Assembly (NCBI GenBank): GCA_001600815.1
Contig: BCKZ01000008.1
Location: forward strand, 496,001 to 560,000
DNA from: Alloascoidea hylecoeti
Taxonomy: Eukaryota
Direction of reading: 5' to 3'
DNA: 64,000 nucleotides
Shown here: positions 25,801-37,347 of the stretch, piece by piece
Position numbering within the stretch: position 1 is the first letter of the stretch
Layout: every line of letters starts with the position of its first letter
Translations under genes and position numbers: made by a program
The notes under the pieces: generated by a model
Database searches by the model: none
Told to the model about the DNA's origin: nothing
Seen by the model: the letters and a program-made list of their open reading frames with translations, nothing else

Positions 25801-26717
25801 ATTGGAATTTCTGGTTCCTCGAGTTCTATGATCCAAAAATTCACGTACAGAGGTTCGATATCTTTTTTGTGGTGGAGTTCATAGCTTCATAGTAATTTAC
25901 ATATCTTCTCGAGATTCTCATTCCGCTGCTATACAAAATTTTCTTTTGAAGGAAAATAGCGCCAGTTATTAATATCAATTCAAATATTATAAGATATGTA
26001 TATGATGATGATGCAGCTATTTCATTTTTTCCGACTGTTCATGTTGTTTTATTGCCAATGTATATAATTTTCTTTATAAATAGGTTTTAGATTAAACTGT
26101 TGTACAGTGTTGTGGTTTAGCAGAGAAATTCAATCAAAAAATTATTGTAATTGGTTTTACCTTTGAATGAATGTGTGTTAAAGTTAAACTTTACTCAGGG
26201 ATAAAAGATGAACAATATTAATAAGGTGTGGAGTTTATGAGCGCACCCCTTTTCTCGTTACCATTTTGCAATTGGTCTTGATTCCAATGGGGAATTGAAG
26301 ACATTAGCTTTGAAAAATTAATTAGCGTCACCCAAGCGCGTTAGTAAAAGGTTGTGAAGAATATATTGGTTTATTGACAGAGCAACCATTAGGTGCTACG
26401 GCTGAGAAGTATTTCGCTGCATTGTGTTGTATTATTCTGCAATGCAGCATGGAGTTATTAAGCAAATAACATTAAAATAATTAATCAGTTACCACTAAAT
26501 TAATTAATAATAGTAGGAATTAAGTTAGAGATGCATCCGCGTGACGCTGCATACATCCAATCAAAGCGCATAAGTTTATCTTTGCAGGAATGAACCCTGA
26601 TATTTGCAGATCTCATTAATTTTATGAAACCTTTTTCGACTTCTTATATTTTTGCTTTACACGTACGGTCAAAAACAATTTTTGGAAACCAAAATAAATG
26701 AAAATAAAAACAAATAA

Positions 26718-28862
26718 ATGACAATAAAAATGAAAAGTTCATTGGCTAATAGGAAAACAAAATTCGATGTTTATGACTCTCAATCTACTCAACTTTGGAA
26801 GATGTATCAAAGAGCCAAAACAAGTCTACCTTATAGGGAAAGAATGGAAAATTTGACGTGGAGGATGATGGCTTTAAATATTATTAAATCCAGATCTAAA
26901 AAGAAGCCCAATAGTACCACCCAGAAAACCAATATTACTACTCTCACAAATGATAATATTAAAACAGATCCTTCTTCCGAAGACTTTGATTACGTTGCTC
27001 ACATTAAAAAAATAGGTAGTGAGAATTATCCATCTTCTAGCGTGAATAATAATACTCGTTCTTCGAATTTATCAAATTTATTCTCAACATCAACACCAAC
27101 ATCGACATCAACTTTGGTTAACTCGGGATTTCAATTTGCTCTAGATCCTATGGTGATTGAAGGGTTTGAACAACCTCCTTCAAATATAAATAATAATCAA
27201 TTTATATCGAATTCGAATGTAAACCCAATGAACATTTATTCTCCTTATCCGGATAAAGATGCCGATAAGGACATTTTAAATTATCCTAACAATAATCAGA
27301 ATCCTACTTATAATGGACTATCGAATAAATCTTCATCTTCAACAATAACATTAAATAACAATAATAATAGCAATATTAATATTAATAGTAATCCCTCTTC
27401 TCTTTCAAACTCGGCTCATTTTACAAATTTTGGCAGTATTGACTCAATGGGAGCACAATCTGATTGGGATACTACCCCTATACAATTATCAAAAAGTAAA
27501 TTTCTTCAACAACAGCAATCTTCAATGCTTTTCTCAAATATTGACCCACAAGTTATTGTTCAACAATTAAAACAAGGTAATCTTGATCAACAACCTCAAC
27601 AACTTTTAAATTTGAATGATGAAAATTTACTAGATAATATGAACTTAAATTTACCCTTATCGTTACCAATATCAACGATAGATATACCGTCTACACAGTT
27701 AACGACAACAAATACAATGAATTTTAATCGTCTGCAGACACAAATCCCAACCCCAATACATCAAATAACATTAGATTCTTTTAATTTACCAAATGATATA
27801 ATAATGTCTGATATTAATCAACCATCAGGAATTAATGAATCATCAAATATAAATATGAAAATAAATAATACAAATTCAAGTTCAGTATCTAGAAAAAATA
27901 GTATAATTTCTAAAAAATTGAGAAATCATTCAATTACAAAAATAAGATCAAATTCTTCAACAAATTTATTAACAAGAAAATCTATTTCTTCACAAACAAA
28001 AAATAGATTAAATTCATCATCATCATCACCAAATTTAAACCAAAATCAAAATAATTCAAATTCAAATTCACCAAATACATCAATAGACAAATCAATGCAA
28101 TCACCACCAACTGAATGCTATAATTGTCATACTACAACAACTCCATTATGGAGAAGGGATCCAGATGGCCAATCATTATGTAACGCATGTGGTTTATTTT
28201 TGAAATTACATGGCGTTGTTAGACCATTAAGTCTGAAAACTGATGTGGTTAAAAGACGTAATAGAGGTGGCAATAATAATAATTTAATTTCAACATCCTC
28301 TAATAATAACAATAATAAAGGGAATTTAATAAAAGGAAATAATCAAAGGAATGCTTCATTATCTATTGCTATAGCAAATATCAGTGGAAATGATAAATCT
28401 AATAGTAACAGTAATGTGATTATAAATAAAAGGAGAAATTCTTTAATCAAATCAAAAATTACATCAGCTACATTATCACCAATAACAAATGATTCAATAT
28501 TTTCTGTAACTTCTAATTCATTTGATTCATCAAAATCAAATTTTAATAATAATGGTAGTAATAATCCTTCTCCTCTAAGTATGATGTCACCTTCATCACT
28601 TTATCCTTATAATTATCAAAATAATAATTTGGATATAATTGGAGATTCGAATATCAATACAATTTCGAATTCGAATTCGATTACAAATGGAAATGGAAAT
28701 GGAAATTCAACATTCAAACAAAATAATAGCAAGAATAAGTATCATAGTAATGATAATGATAATAATGATACTGATATGAAAATTGATAAAAAATTTGAGA
28801 TAATTGATGAAGATATGGTAATGGATGGGAATAAATGGGATTGGTTAACAATGGCGTTATGA
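26718..28862 (+). CDS. GAT1: AreA/Gat1-type nitrogen-regulatory GATA transcription factor
   Basis: N-terminal LWKMY...[10 protein letters not shown] motif; GATA finger [14 protein letters not shown]...[31 protein letters not shown]-terminal WDWLTMAL like AreA. Confidence 0.93.
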   Translation: MTIKMKSSLANRKTKFDVYDSQSTQLWKMYQRAKTSLPYRERMENLTWRMMALNIIKSRSKKKPNSTTQKTNITTLTNDNIKTDPSSEDFDYVAHIKKIGSENYPSSSVNNNTRSSNLSNLFSTSTPTSTSTLVNSGFQFALDPMVIEGFEQPPSNINNNQFISNSNVNPMNIYSPYPDKDADKDILNYPNNNQNPTYNGLSNKSSSSTITLNNNNNSNININSNPSSLSNSAHFTNFGSIDSMGAQSDWDTTPIQLSKSKFLQQQQSSMLFSNIDPQVIVQQLKQGNLDQQPQQLLNLNDENLLDNMNLNLPLSLPISTIDIPSTQLTTTNTMNFNRLQTQIPTPIHQITLDSFNLPNDIIMSDINQPSGINESSNINMKINNTNSSSVSRKNSIISKKLRNHSITKIRSNSSTNLLTRKSISSQTKNRLNSSSSSPNLNQNQNNSNSNSPNTSIDKSMQSPPTECYNCHTTTTPLWRRDPDGQSLCNACGLFLKLHGVVRPLSLKTDVVKRRNRGGNNNNLISTSSNNNNNKGNLIKGNNQRNASLSIAIANISGNDKSNSNSNVIINKRRNSLIKSKITSATLSPITNDSIFSVTSNSFDSSKSNFNNNGSNNPSPLSMMSPSSLYPYNYQNNNLDIIGDSNINTISNSNSITNGNGNGNSTFKQNNSKNKYHSNDNDNNDTDMKIDKKFEIIDEDMVMDGNKWDWLTMAL

Positions 28863-29751
28863 TAATAGATTAATTAAAATTAAATTAAGTCCCTATAAAT
28901 ATTAAGTTTTATTGCAATCAATTGCAATTGGTATGTATTAAGTTTTTATGTCTTTTTTCGATTTTTAAATTTTGTTGTTTTATTTTGTTTTATTTTTTAT
29001 GTTTCATCTTATAACTACAAATATCGGAAACCTGCGATTGCTTTTTAGTTTGATCTGATTTTTGAAATCAGATATTATAGATGCTTTAATAGTTATTATA
29101 GATTAATAATGATATCAATTTTTCTGATAATTATAATATGATATAGATTTACATTACATGCAACCATATAGCGCTAGCTATACTGGTGTAGTTAATTTTG
29201 TTTCCAAATTTTCTTCGGCCCTTATGCATATGGCTTTTGTAATTGGTTTATAAAGTTTTCTTTTCTATTTTTATGCTGATAAGTTATATTATATTACGAT
29301 ACTGCACTTTGATTATGTATTCTTAAAGGGTATATAATCTATAAATTTCACATGAGGTATAGATCGTAATTTCTAATATTTTAAACAGGGTATACTTATA
29401 CATGTGTGTATAAAGGTTTAATTCTGAAATTCGATGTATGCAACTTGCCACAAGCTTACTGGTATCGATGCTCTTAGCTATAGACCGGGATAAATATATA
29501 ATTACTTAAATCTTTATCTATTGTCAGCAAAGGCTCTTATTAATCAATTTTCTGAAAATCATAATTCCTAAATCTCCAATAATTCCGAAGACTCAATAAG
29601 AGTCTGTATGTAATTTATTAATTGGTCCCATAATATCAACATCTACTGTGCCACTTGCATATTAATTAGTGTGGCGATCGATATTTGAATTCACTGCAAC
29701 TGGATTTTCATGTCAAACAACGGGTGATATACATTTATATCAATCTATTGT

Positions 29752-30060
29752 GATTATATTGGCTTCCTAAAGGAATGAGGGGAACACCAAACAATGCGAC
29801 GATATCTTTATATTTCTTTTTACTTTCCCTGACGATATTTTGTTTGTTCCTCATTCTTTTAACCTTATATTTGAGGTGGGAGGAAATCTCATTACCTAAC
29901 GAAACCTCACTTAGATAACAGTATGGTGAGTCACTGACCCAATGGTGACTTGCCATTCTAGAAAGAGTCAGGACTCTAGGCAGCATCAACTAAATAACTA
30001 CTGATTTTCTCACCATAAGCAACTTTAGTTGATGGCTTCTCGGCCAATGTGACTTTTTTT
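29752..30060 (+). ncRNA. Candidate structured RNA of unknown family (~300 nt)
   Basis: Closing stem TTATATTGGCT/GGCCAATGTGA enclosing five hairpins, followed by T7; see findings. Confidence 0.4.
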
Positions 30061-30119
30061 ATTTTAACTTTTCATATATTTTCCAATTAACTACTAGAAA
30101 CTATGTAAATTCTGAGGAA

Positions 30120-30845
30120 ATCTCTACTATATATAGTGAAATAAAACCCCCTTTTTCTATTCTTCTTATGTTTGTGTATTCTTGACACTCTTATTTCTTC
30201 TCTTCTCTTCTTATATTAGATTTTTTTTACTTTTTCAAGTTTTTAGATATTAGAATCCCCCAACCAATCTCATTTAATATTTGTGGTGTCCCTGCAAATC
30301 TAATATTTTTTCTAAGCTCTAGTGCCTTTTTGATAAAAGCCCCATTTTTTTCTATATTGTTTTCTTTTGTATTTATGATCAATAATTTGATCCCAATTCT
30401 TTCTCTTCCTAACATCATCTTCTTTAGTATTCTTATTGTTGGGCAATCTTCAAATAGATGTAATATGACGTCTTTACCTTGTTGACATAAACTACAAATA
30501 TCAGATTTTTGCCACCATTGTTTTGCATTTTTATTAAGATGTAGCATATGAGTAACATATCCCAAGCTGAGCAAATGTATCCATTGTGTCTCCTCAGGGT
30601 GTTCCTTATGTTTCTTTGATAAATCCCCACCATTTCTTCCAATTTTCATCTTTTAGTTCTGGAATTAACTGCATCCATTTGTTTGGTTTCAATATTATTT
30701 TGTTTTCATTTTTATCATTTCTGGCTTATTGATTTAATCGAGTATTTGGATATGTTTTCTTCTTCCATGTCTTTTGTTCTTTTTTCGATATCTTCTCCAA
30801 TTTTGTGCTTTGATTTGTCTTTTCGCCTCAACTAGGTTGATGAAC
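30120..30845 (-). mobile_element. 5'-truncated L1-clade-like non-LTR retrotransposon (ORF2 C-terminus)
   Basis: KPNKWMQLIPELKDENWKKWWGFI, then after a frameshift CSLCQQGKDVILHLFEDC (zf-RVT-like knuckle); stop at 30227 followed by a purine-rich 3' region. Confidence 0.75.
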
Positions 30846-30859
30846 CTGATAAAATATTG

Positions 30860-30931
30860 GGCCAAATGGCGCAATGGCAGCGCGTGGGATTGCAAGTCCT
30901 TAGGTTATCGGTTCGAATCCGGTTTTGGCCT
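30860..30931 (+). tRNA. tRNA-Cys(GCA), intronless
   Basis: Acceptor GGCCAAA/TTTGGCC plus T discriminator; A box TGGCGCAATGG; anticodon loop TTGCAAG; T-arm ATCGG-TTCGAAT-CCGGT; T7 terminator just downstream. Confidence 0.95.
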
Positions 30932-31065
30932 CATTTTTTTCCGTAATGAAAAAAAGAAAATTCGATCCTCTTCTGTGCAAACCTAGGGTCTGTGACTCTG
31001 TGGTTTTTCATTCATGCATTATTAATGTGAATATTTTGAAGGTAGAAGCCTGTATATGGGTGGGA

Positions 31066-31360
31066 CAGTAATGAGACCGGCGCCGCGCATCGGCAAAATT
31101 TTTGGCGTTCGATGCGTTTGGAAATCTTGAATTTTGGGGGCCGAGCTACTCGCCTCTAATTCGGCATATGTTTTTTTCTTTTTTGGGGCTCGTGTTTTTA
31201 CTAAACAGTATCATATAGATTTTCTGGATTATTCATGAGCTCTCTACGACTCCCCTATACGTTCGTCAGTCAAAATAAGTTTTGTGTTCGCCTCAATGTT
31301 CGCCAAAATGTGTGTGTTCGGTGTTCGCGACTCGGCGATGCGCGGCCTACTATAGGGGGT
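31066..31360. repeat. GC-rich inverted-repeat element, possible MITE
   Basis: GCCGCGCATCG (31082-31092) / CGATGCGCGGC (31336-31346); inner CCCCTATA/TATAGGGG; five GTTCG motifs in ~70 bp. Confidence 0.45.
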
Positions 31361-31900
31361 ACTATATATACATGTATAAATAAGCCTTATAGACCTATAA
31401 ATCAACCCATGATTACTAATTTTATACTTATTTTTACTTAATAAATAAAGAATAAAAACACAGTTAAATTTTCTTCTCAAAGTTAATGTTAATTAAAAGC
31501 TATAATGATGAACTTCATGTGAATACTTAATCAGATTATCTTTTATATGAAAGGAAATAAATTTACGTTTAATTTTAAGAATTAGTTAGCAAAATTATAT
31601 TAAATAAATCAAGATTTCTATCTTTAATAAATGTTATTTACCATTTAATTGGTCTTAAGCGAATAAATATTCATTCGAATCTGAAATATAAGCATAACTA
31701 AGGTCAGCTAGCTACACTAACATTAACATTGGGGTGGTCATATAACATTCTTTTAAAGGACGTGTCACTTCCACTTAGTGGTTATCAATAAACACTCACC
31801 TCAGTGTTCATATATATATATATATTTTAAAGACCCCCGATACTTTAGGATAGGGAATGGGTATGAGAATTCCCGAAAATAGTTTAACAACTCACAGGCA

Positions 31901-31961
31901 TAAATAAATAAATAAATAAATAATAAATAAATAAATAAATAATAAATAAATAAATAAATAA

Positions 31962-32053
<92 letters not shown>

Positions 32054-32067
32054 AAATAAATAAATAA

Positions 32068-32102
<35 letters not shown>
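31901..32102. repeat. (TAAA)n microsatellite, ~200 bp
   Basis: Near-perfect TAAA array with occasional TAA units. Confidence 0.98.
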
Positions 32103-32160
32103 GCTTTAGGCTTGGATATTAAACCCAGAACCTTTCAATCGAAAGCTTAAGATTTCATGA

Positions 32161-33978
32161 TCATAGATTTGTAATGGAATATTGCAACCGATCAATATAA
32201 CCTTTAGTCATTCCAAACGCCTTCATATTATCATCAATACACCATAATCCTACATCATCATTCATATCACTTGGTCTATATTCGTTGCAATAACATTTAA
32301 TCTCACCAAATTTATTATCGATAACCAATAAATTGCTCCCTCTATCATTTTTCATAACAAATGATATATATCTTTCATCTTTTGTCATTTTCCATCGTAA
32401 TGGTATAAAATAACTATAAAAGTTTTCTTGCTTAAAATCAGCAATTAAATTCGATTGAAATGGGTATATGAACCCCATTTTACCATTATACCACATATCC
32501 ATTGATATTCCAGTTGATAAGTATAAGTAATTACAAATAATATATGAAGGTTTCATGGAATTCATATTTAAAGGATCATTCATAATATTTGTCAACCAAA
32601 TTTGTTTCTCAGTTATAAAAAATAAATGAAAAGATGTTACAATAATTGAAACATTTCTTGATCCCGTTAAAAATGGACATGGTATATAACCAATTTTTTT
32701 ACCAAATCTTTTTGATAATATTGTACACCAATATTTTCCCTGAAATGAATTATAAGATAATATAAATAAATGATTATTATTAAAATGAAAACTTTTAATT
32801 TGCATTTGTGATTTATTATAACAAATTTTTGATTCCCATTTTAAACATGTCGATGATAAATTTAATTGATTTAAATTCATATTCATATGTAAATTTCTTG
32901 TTGATTTTATATTAAATTTATGATTATTTTCTTTTGATTTTGTTTCATAACAATATATTTTATCTCTTTTAGACGATGTAATATATATATTATCATTATC
33001 AATCTGAATAAATCCTGGTTCTTTTGGTAAGGATTTATCATTAAGATTATGAGTTGATATTGGTTCAAAGCACCATTCATCTACCAGATCATTTGCATTA
33101 TCATTATTTCCAAATTCATTACTAAGACTATGCGTGAGATTTTGTATAGACTGAATGGAGCCAATATGTTCAATAGGATAATGATAAAATGCTGCAACAA
33201 ATTCATCATTTATTGAAAGTCTAGGATTAACATTTCTTATATTCCATTTAACTACTTGTTGGAATTTATTATCTTGTTCTTGATTTATTTTTGATTTTCC
33301 TGTAGCTGTATGTAATGAAATAATATTACTATCTGATAATCCGATTGTTAAATCTCCTATTATTTCATTCCATGAGGTATCAAATCCAGTAGATTGACAA
33401 AATAAAACATCTTTAGGGAATATCAATTCCCCAAAATTAGAGTTACTACTATCATTAACATTAGTATTTTCATCATATGCATAAGGTTTATTAATTATAT
33501 GAGGACGCTCAAGATAATATTCATAAGCTTTTGTTTCATTTAATAAATTAAACCTCTTTGATTTTTCGATAACCTTTTTACCCCAATCAAGTGTATAATC
33601 ATAAGCATTTATTGTGTTTATAATATCATAGAAATATCGACAAGTTTTATATAAATTTGTTATATCTTCAAAAGATACATAACCGATAATATTGAAAATA
33701 ACTTCTAGTGGGAAATTAAGAAGATTTTTGCAAGTATCATATGAATCATAATCGACATCATACACATATGGATCTTCATATAACGGAAGAAAGCTACAGC
33801 CATTAATGGTATCATTATAATTTTCATTTAGAGGATAATTGTTTATACTCAAGCTTGGGCTTGGAATATGATCAATAGCAAACATTTTTATGATTCTTGA
33901 TATTGTATTGAAATCATGTGAAAGAAGGTTTAAATTTAGACATAATAGCTGATATTTATACCTATTACCTAAATCCAT
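32161..33978 (-). CDS. F-box domain protein
   Basis: LLNFPLEVIFNIIGYVSFEDITNLYKTCRYFYDII matches the F-box pattern; ~600 aa; start codon uncertain (first ATG at 33978). Confidence 0.8.
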   Translation of the reverse strand: MDLGNRYKYQLLCLNLNLLSHDFNTISRIIKMFAIDHIPSPSLSINNYPLNENYNDTINGCSFLPLYEDPYVYDVDYDSYDTCKNLLNFPLEVIFNIIGYVSFEDITNLYKTCRYFYDIINTINAYDYTLDWGKKVIEKSKRFNLLNETKAYEYYLERPHIINKPYAYDENTNVNDSSNSNFGELIFPKDVLFCQSTGFDTSWNEIIGDLTIGLSDSNIISLHTATGKSKINQEQDNKFQQVVKWNIRNVNPRLSINDEFVAAFYHYPIEHIGSIQSIQNLTHSLSNEFGNNDNANDLVDEWCFEPISTHNLNDKSLPKEPGFIQIDNDNIYITSSKRDKIYCYETKSKENNHKFNIKSTRNLHMNMNLNQLNLSSTCLKWESKICYNKSQMQIKSFHFNNNHLFILSYNSFQGKYWCTILSKRFGKKIGYIPCPFLTGSRNVSIIVTSFHLFFITEKQIWLTNIMNDPLNMNSMKPSYIICNYLYLSTGISMDMWYNGKMGFIYPFQSNLIADFKQENFYSYFIPLRWKMTKDERYISFVMKNDRGSNLLVIDNKFGEIKCYCNEYRPSDMNDDVGLWCIDDNMKAFGMTKGYIDRLQYSITNL

Positions 33979-34549
33979 ATCTAACAAGGAGATAAAGGTA
34001 AACCAAGGCTATCAGGCGATTTCATACTCACCTACTTATGATTGTGATGATCATGATGACTCGGACTCATTTTAATTATTTCTTTGTTTCCGCTGTACGG
34101 AATTCAGTTGAGTCATGTTTAAATTTTGAGTCAGCGGCGCCGCCGTATGGTCTGATAATTATAATCACTCTTTGTATTATGACTCAAGCCGTAAATAGCT
34201 TGCAATTGGTATTTCCCATTATTAAGTATGCATCTGCATATAAAAACAATACAACGATACCATCCGAATTCATGTATAGAATTTATATATTATAGTTCAC
34301 GTACCGATACTTTCGGAGCTAACAAAAGATATAAATAAAGCGCTATAGTATTGCCTGATTTTAGAGCCTATGGACAGCCTCCGAACTCGGAATGCCACTA
34401 CATTCCTTATTAGTACCTCCAGTAACATTAATATCAGATTCAAACTAGGAGCATCTTTAAATAAAATATAAATATTTGTTCCTGAACTTTTCACCGTGTC
34501 ACTGATTATGATTTCTCCAAAGTTAGATCTCCTATTTGATAGAAGTCAG

Positions 34550-35310
34550 CGTACATAAGAACCCAGTATACCAGTTGGACCAGAATTTTTATAATTACCT
34601 TCGATTCAATAATAATTCCATATTTTTTCAATATTTTTAAGTTTGATGCTTTTATATACTACAATCGATATTGAACCATTTACACTATAAACTGTTCAAA
34701 TAGGAACACTATTGGATGAATTAATAATAGTTGAATCTCCAATATTAGTAATATCCTTAACAATATTATTGTACCACCTACTGAACCAGTTGAAAGATCG
34801 TCTCGATGAAAACAATATATATCCTTTACAATCTTTATAACATCATTCATGATATTTCCAGGCTTAAAATTTCACAATCAGAAATTGAGAAGGTATTTCT
34901 TGTTGTATCTTTAAAATTCAAACTTGTAATAATTGATGATGCCATACCAAGACCACCAACATCACTTCATCTTTTTCCATCCTACCTTCTTGAACCATCG
35001 CCATCCATTAACTGACTAGAAGCTCCTCTGGCAATAATATCGGTACCGAAAACGAATACTAACGGGCCGGTCCATTCTGTAAAACTAAATGTGGTGGTTC
35101 CTTCAAAAGTGAGAGTAATTATACCCATTATTGAACTGGTCAGATCAGGAACACTCAGGTTAGAAACAAGAATATCAGTGCATTGATTCCCGATGCTTTC
35201 TACTTTGGAAAGTGAAAAACTAATTATTGTACGATAACTCTATTTGCTAGCTCTCCATCATTAAATGGAGCTGTTTCAGTCAATAGTATCAAGGGAAAGG
35301 AAAGTGACAT
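34550..35310 (-). pseudogene. Possible decayed cell-surface/secreted protein gene
   Basis: MSLSFPLILL start, then stop-interrupted Ser/Thr/Gly/Ile-rich frames (FEGTTTFSFTEWTGPLVFVFG). Confidence 0.25.
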
Positions 35311-35832
35311 ATTAATATGACTTATTAAATTTGTTGTAGTTAATTATGTGATAACAGATAGCAGTCTACCACGTTTTATCAACAGGTATTATGCAGATTT
35401 TATATAAACCTTATTTATGTGGCATATTGCTCCACAGTGTTTCAAAACTTCCATAGTATTTCAATTGCAATTATTATAACAGATCATGAGATTACTTTTG
35501 CGATGGGATTGACTAAATTTCAATATCCTTCTCTAGTCTTAATTAATATCACCATGGCTAATGATGAGAGTGGCATTATATATAGTCTCTATTCTCTTAT
35601 GAAGATTTTCTTATCGTTATACCTTTATAGATACTGCATAATGTTAACTTTAACTAATATAGTTGGCGTTCCCTATCCCGTAATAAAGATTTTTTAATCG
35701 CATTTGGAAGTTACAGCGATAGAAATAAAAAAACAGCAATATTTTTAAATAAAGAGGATTGGGCCCTCTTCCCCTCTCTTTTTCATCATTATAATTAATT
35801 ATTTCTATACTTTTTTTTAAAATAATTTCAAA

Positions 35833-37347
35833 ATGTTTATATTTACCCCTACTATTCAAAATCTACTCAATGATTATAAATATCTTCGCGAGAATAAATA
35901 TTTATCTGAATTTTTAACCACAAAATTTGCAGGTGATGAAAATATTTTTGAATGGTTTTTTGTTATTGATGGAATTAAGAATTCACCTCTTGCAAAAGGA
36001 CAATATTTTGGAAGTATTAGTTTCCCAAAAGACTATCCGAATCCAAGACGTCGACCAGTGGTTGTAATAATAACACCAAATGGTAGGGTGGTATCAATGG
36101 ATGATATTTGTTATCAAAGTGGGAATAAAAGCTATTGGACTCGGGAATTAACTATTAAAGAACTTATAACTGGGATTATTACTTATTTAACAAGTGATGG
36201 CTTGTCAAATGGTATTATTGAAACCACAGAAGCTCAGAAAATAACATATGCTGAAGAATCAAGGGCTTTTAATCAATTTATTCCTAAATTCAAAGAAATA
36301 TTTCCAGATATATATAAAGAATATGGAAATAACTTTGAAGAATTAACACTAATGGAGAAAGTTAGAAATAAAAATGATTTTAAACGATTAACAGAACATC
36401 ATTCTTTAGAAAAAATTAATGAAATACAAAATTCTTGGTTTTCTTCGACTTGGATCAAAAAGGAAAACACAAAGATGTTGTCGATATTGGTAGATTTTGA
36501 ATACAATGAGTTTTTAAAGGCTAGAAGCCAGTGGTTTAAGGAGTATGATAATAGAATAATATCTGTGTCTAAAGGGGATCAATTGGACTTGTTGAAATTG
36601 GCTCAAGAATTTAAGAAGGATGAAAATAAATCCTCTGCTTATGAAAAATGGTCAAGAGAATACGTACCATCACAATACAGAATGAGAGAATATGCAACAA
36701 GACACCGTGATAATATGATTAGACACAGATCAATCAATTATACAAACAGAGAATATGAAAGATCAATGAATTGTAATGTGTGCGAAAGACCGATGGGGCA
36801 TCATAATATCCACAGCAACACAACATATCAAAATCCACACAGAGAATTTGGCAGGCCAAATATAAGACAACAGAATCATAATTCACACGGCGGGAGATCA
36901 ATGATTCCTACACAAGGAAATGAGTTTGCAAAGCCAATAAATCAAAGTATACCAAGAGAAAGATCAGTGCATCATATTACACAAACAAAAACCGAAAGAC
37001 CAACGAATTATAAGAGAGACAACAGGAGGCCAATGGATTATGGACCACAAAACGAAAGATTAGTGGACAATAATATTAATCCATATGGCAAAAATTCAAT
37101 GTGTTATAATTCAGATAGCGAGGGAGAACTTGAGATTGATAGTAATTCATATCAAAAAAACGCATTAGATTATCAGACTATCAAAAAATATTTACAAGAA
37201 AACCAAGGACAGCGGGTTAGTGCTAGTGATGAAAGTAGCCATAGCCATAAAAGGGGTAGCGCTGAGCTTCGTTATCATTTTACAAACCTATTTTCGCGTG
37301 TTGAGTTTTTTTTTAAAAATGCAATAATTAAGCATAGTAATTTTTAA
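35833..37347 (+). CDS. Divergent Ubc6-like E2 ubiquitin-conjugating domain with long hydrophilic C-terminal extension
   Basis: ENIFEWFFVIDG...GQYFGSISFPKDYP...ITPNGR...IC (active-site Cys position)...YLTSD...FKEIFPD; no C-terminal transmembrane helix. Confidence 0.8.
   Translation: MFIFTPTIQNLLNDYKYLRENKYLSEFLTTKFAGDENIFEWFFVIDGIKNSPLAKGQYFGSISFPKDYPNPRRRPVVVIITPNGRVVSMDDICYQSGNKSYWTRELTIKELITGIITYLTSDGLSNGIIETTEAQKITYAEESRAFNQFIPKFKEIFPDIYKEYGNNFEELTLMEKVRNKNDFKRLTEHHSLEKINEIQNSWFSSTWIKKENTKMLSILVDFEYNEFLKARSQWFKEYDNRIISVSKGDQLDLLKLAQEFKKDENKSSAYEKWSREYVPSQYRMREYATRHRDNMIRHRSINYTNREYERSMNCNVCERPMGHHNIHSNTTYQNPHREFGRPNIRQQNHNSHGGRSMIPTQGNEFAKPINQSIPRERSVHHITQTKTERPTNYKRDNRRPMDYGPQNERLVDNNINPYGKNSMCYNSDSEGELEIDSNSYQKNALDYQTIKKYLQENQGQRVSASDESSHSHKRGSAELRYHFTNLFSRVEFFFKNAIIKHSNF

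Noticed and set aside
30034..30046. GCTTCTCGGCC resembling the U2 snRNA 5' end
   Set aside because: The GTGTAGTA branch-pairing region and Sm site do not follow
29711..30187. TGTCAA...TTGACA possible solo-LTR ends
   Set aside because: No target-site duplication, and the right end lies within the LINE 3' region
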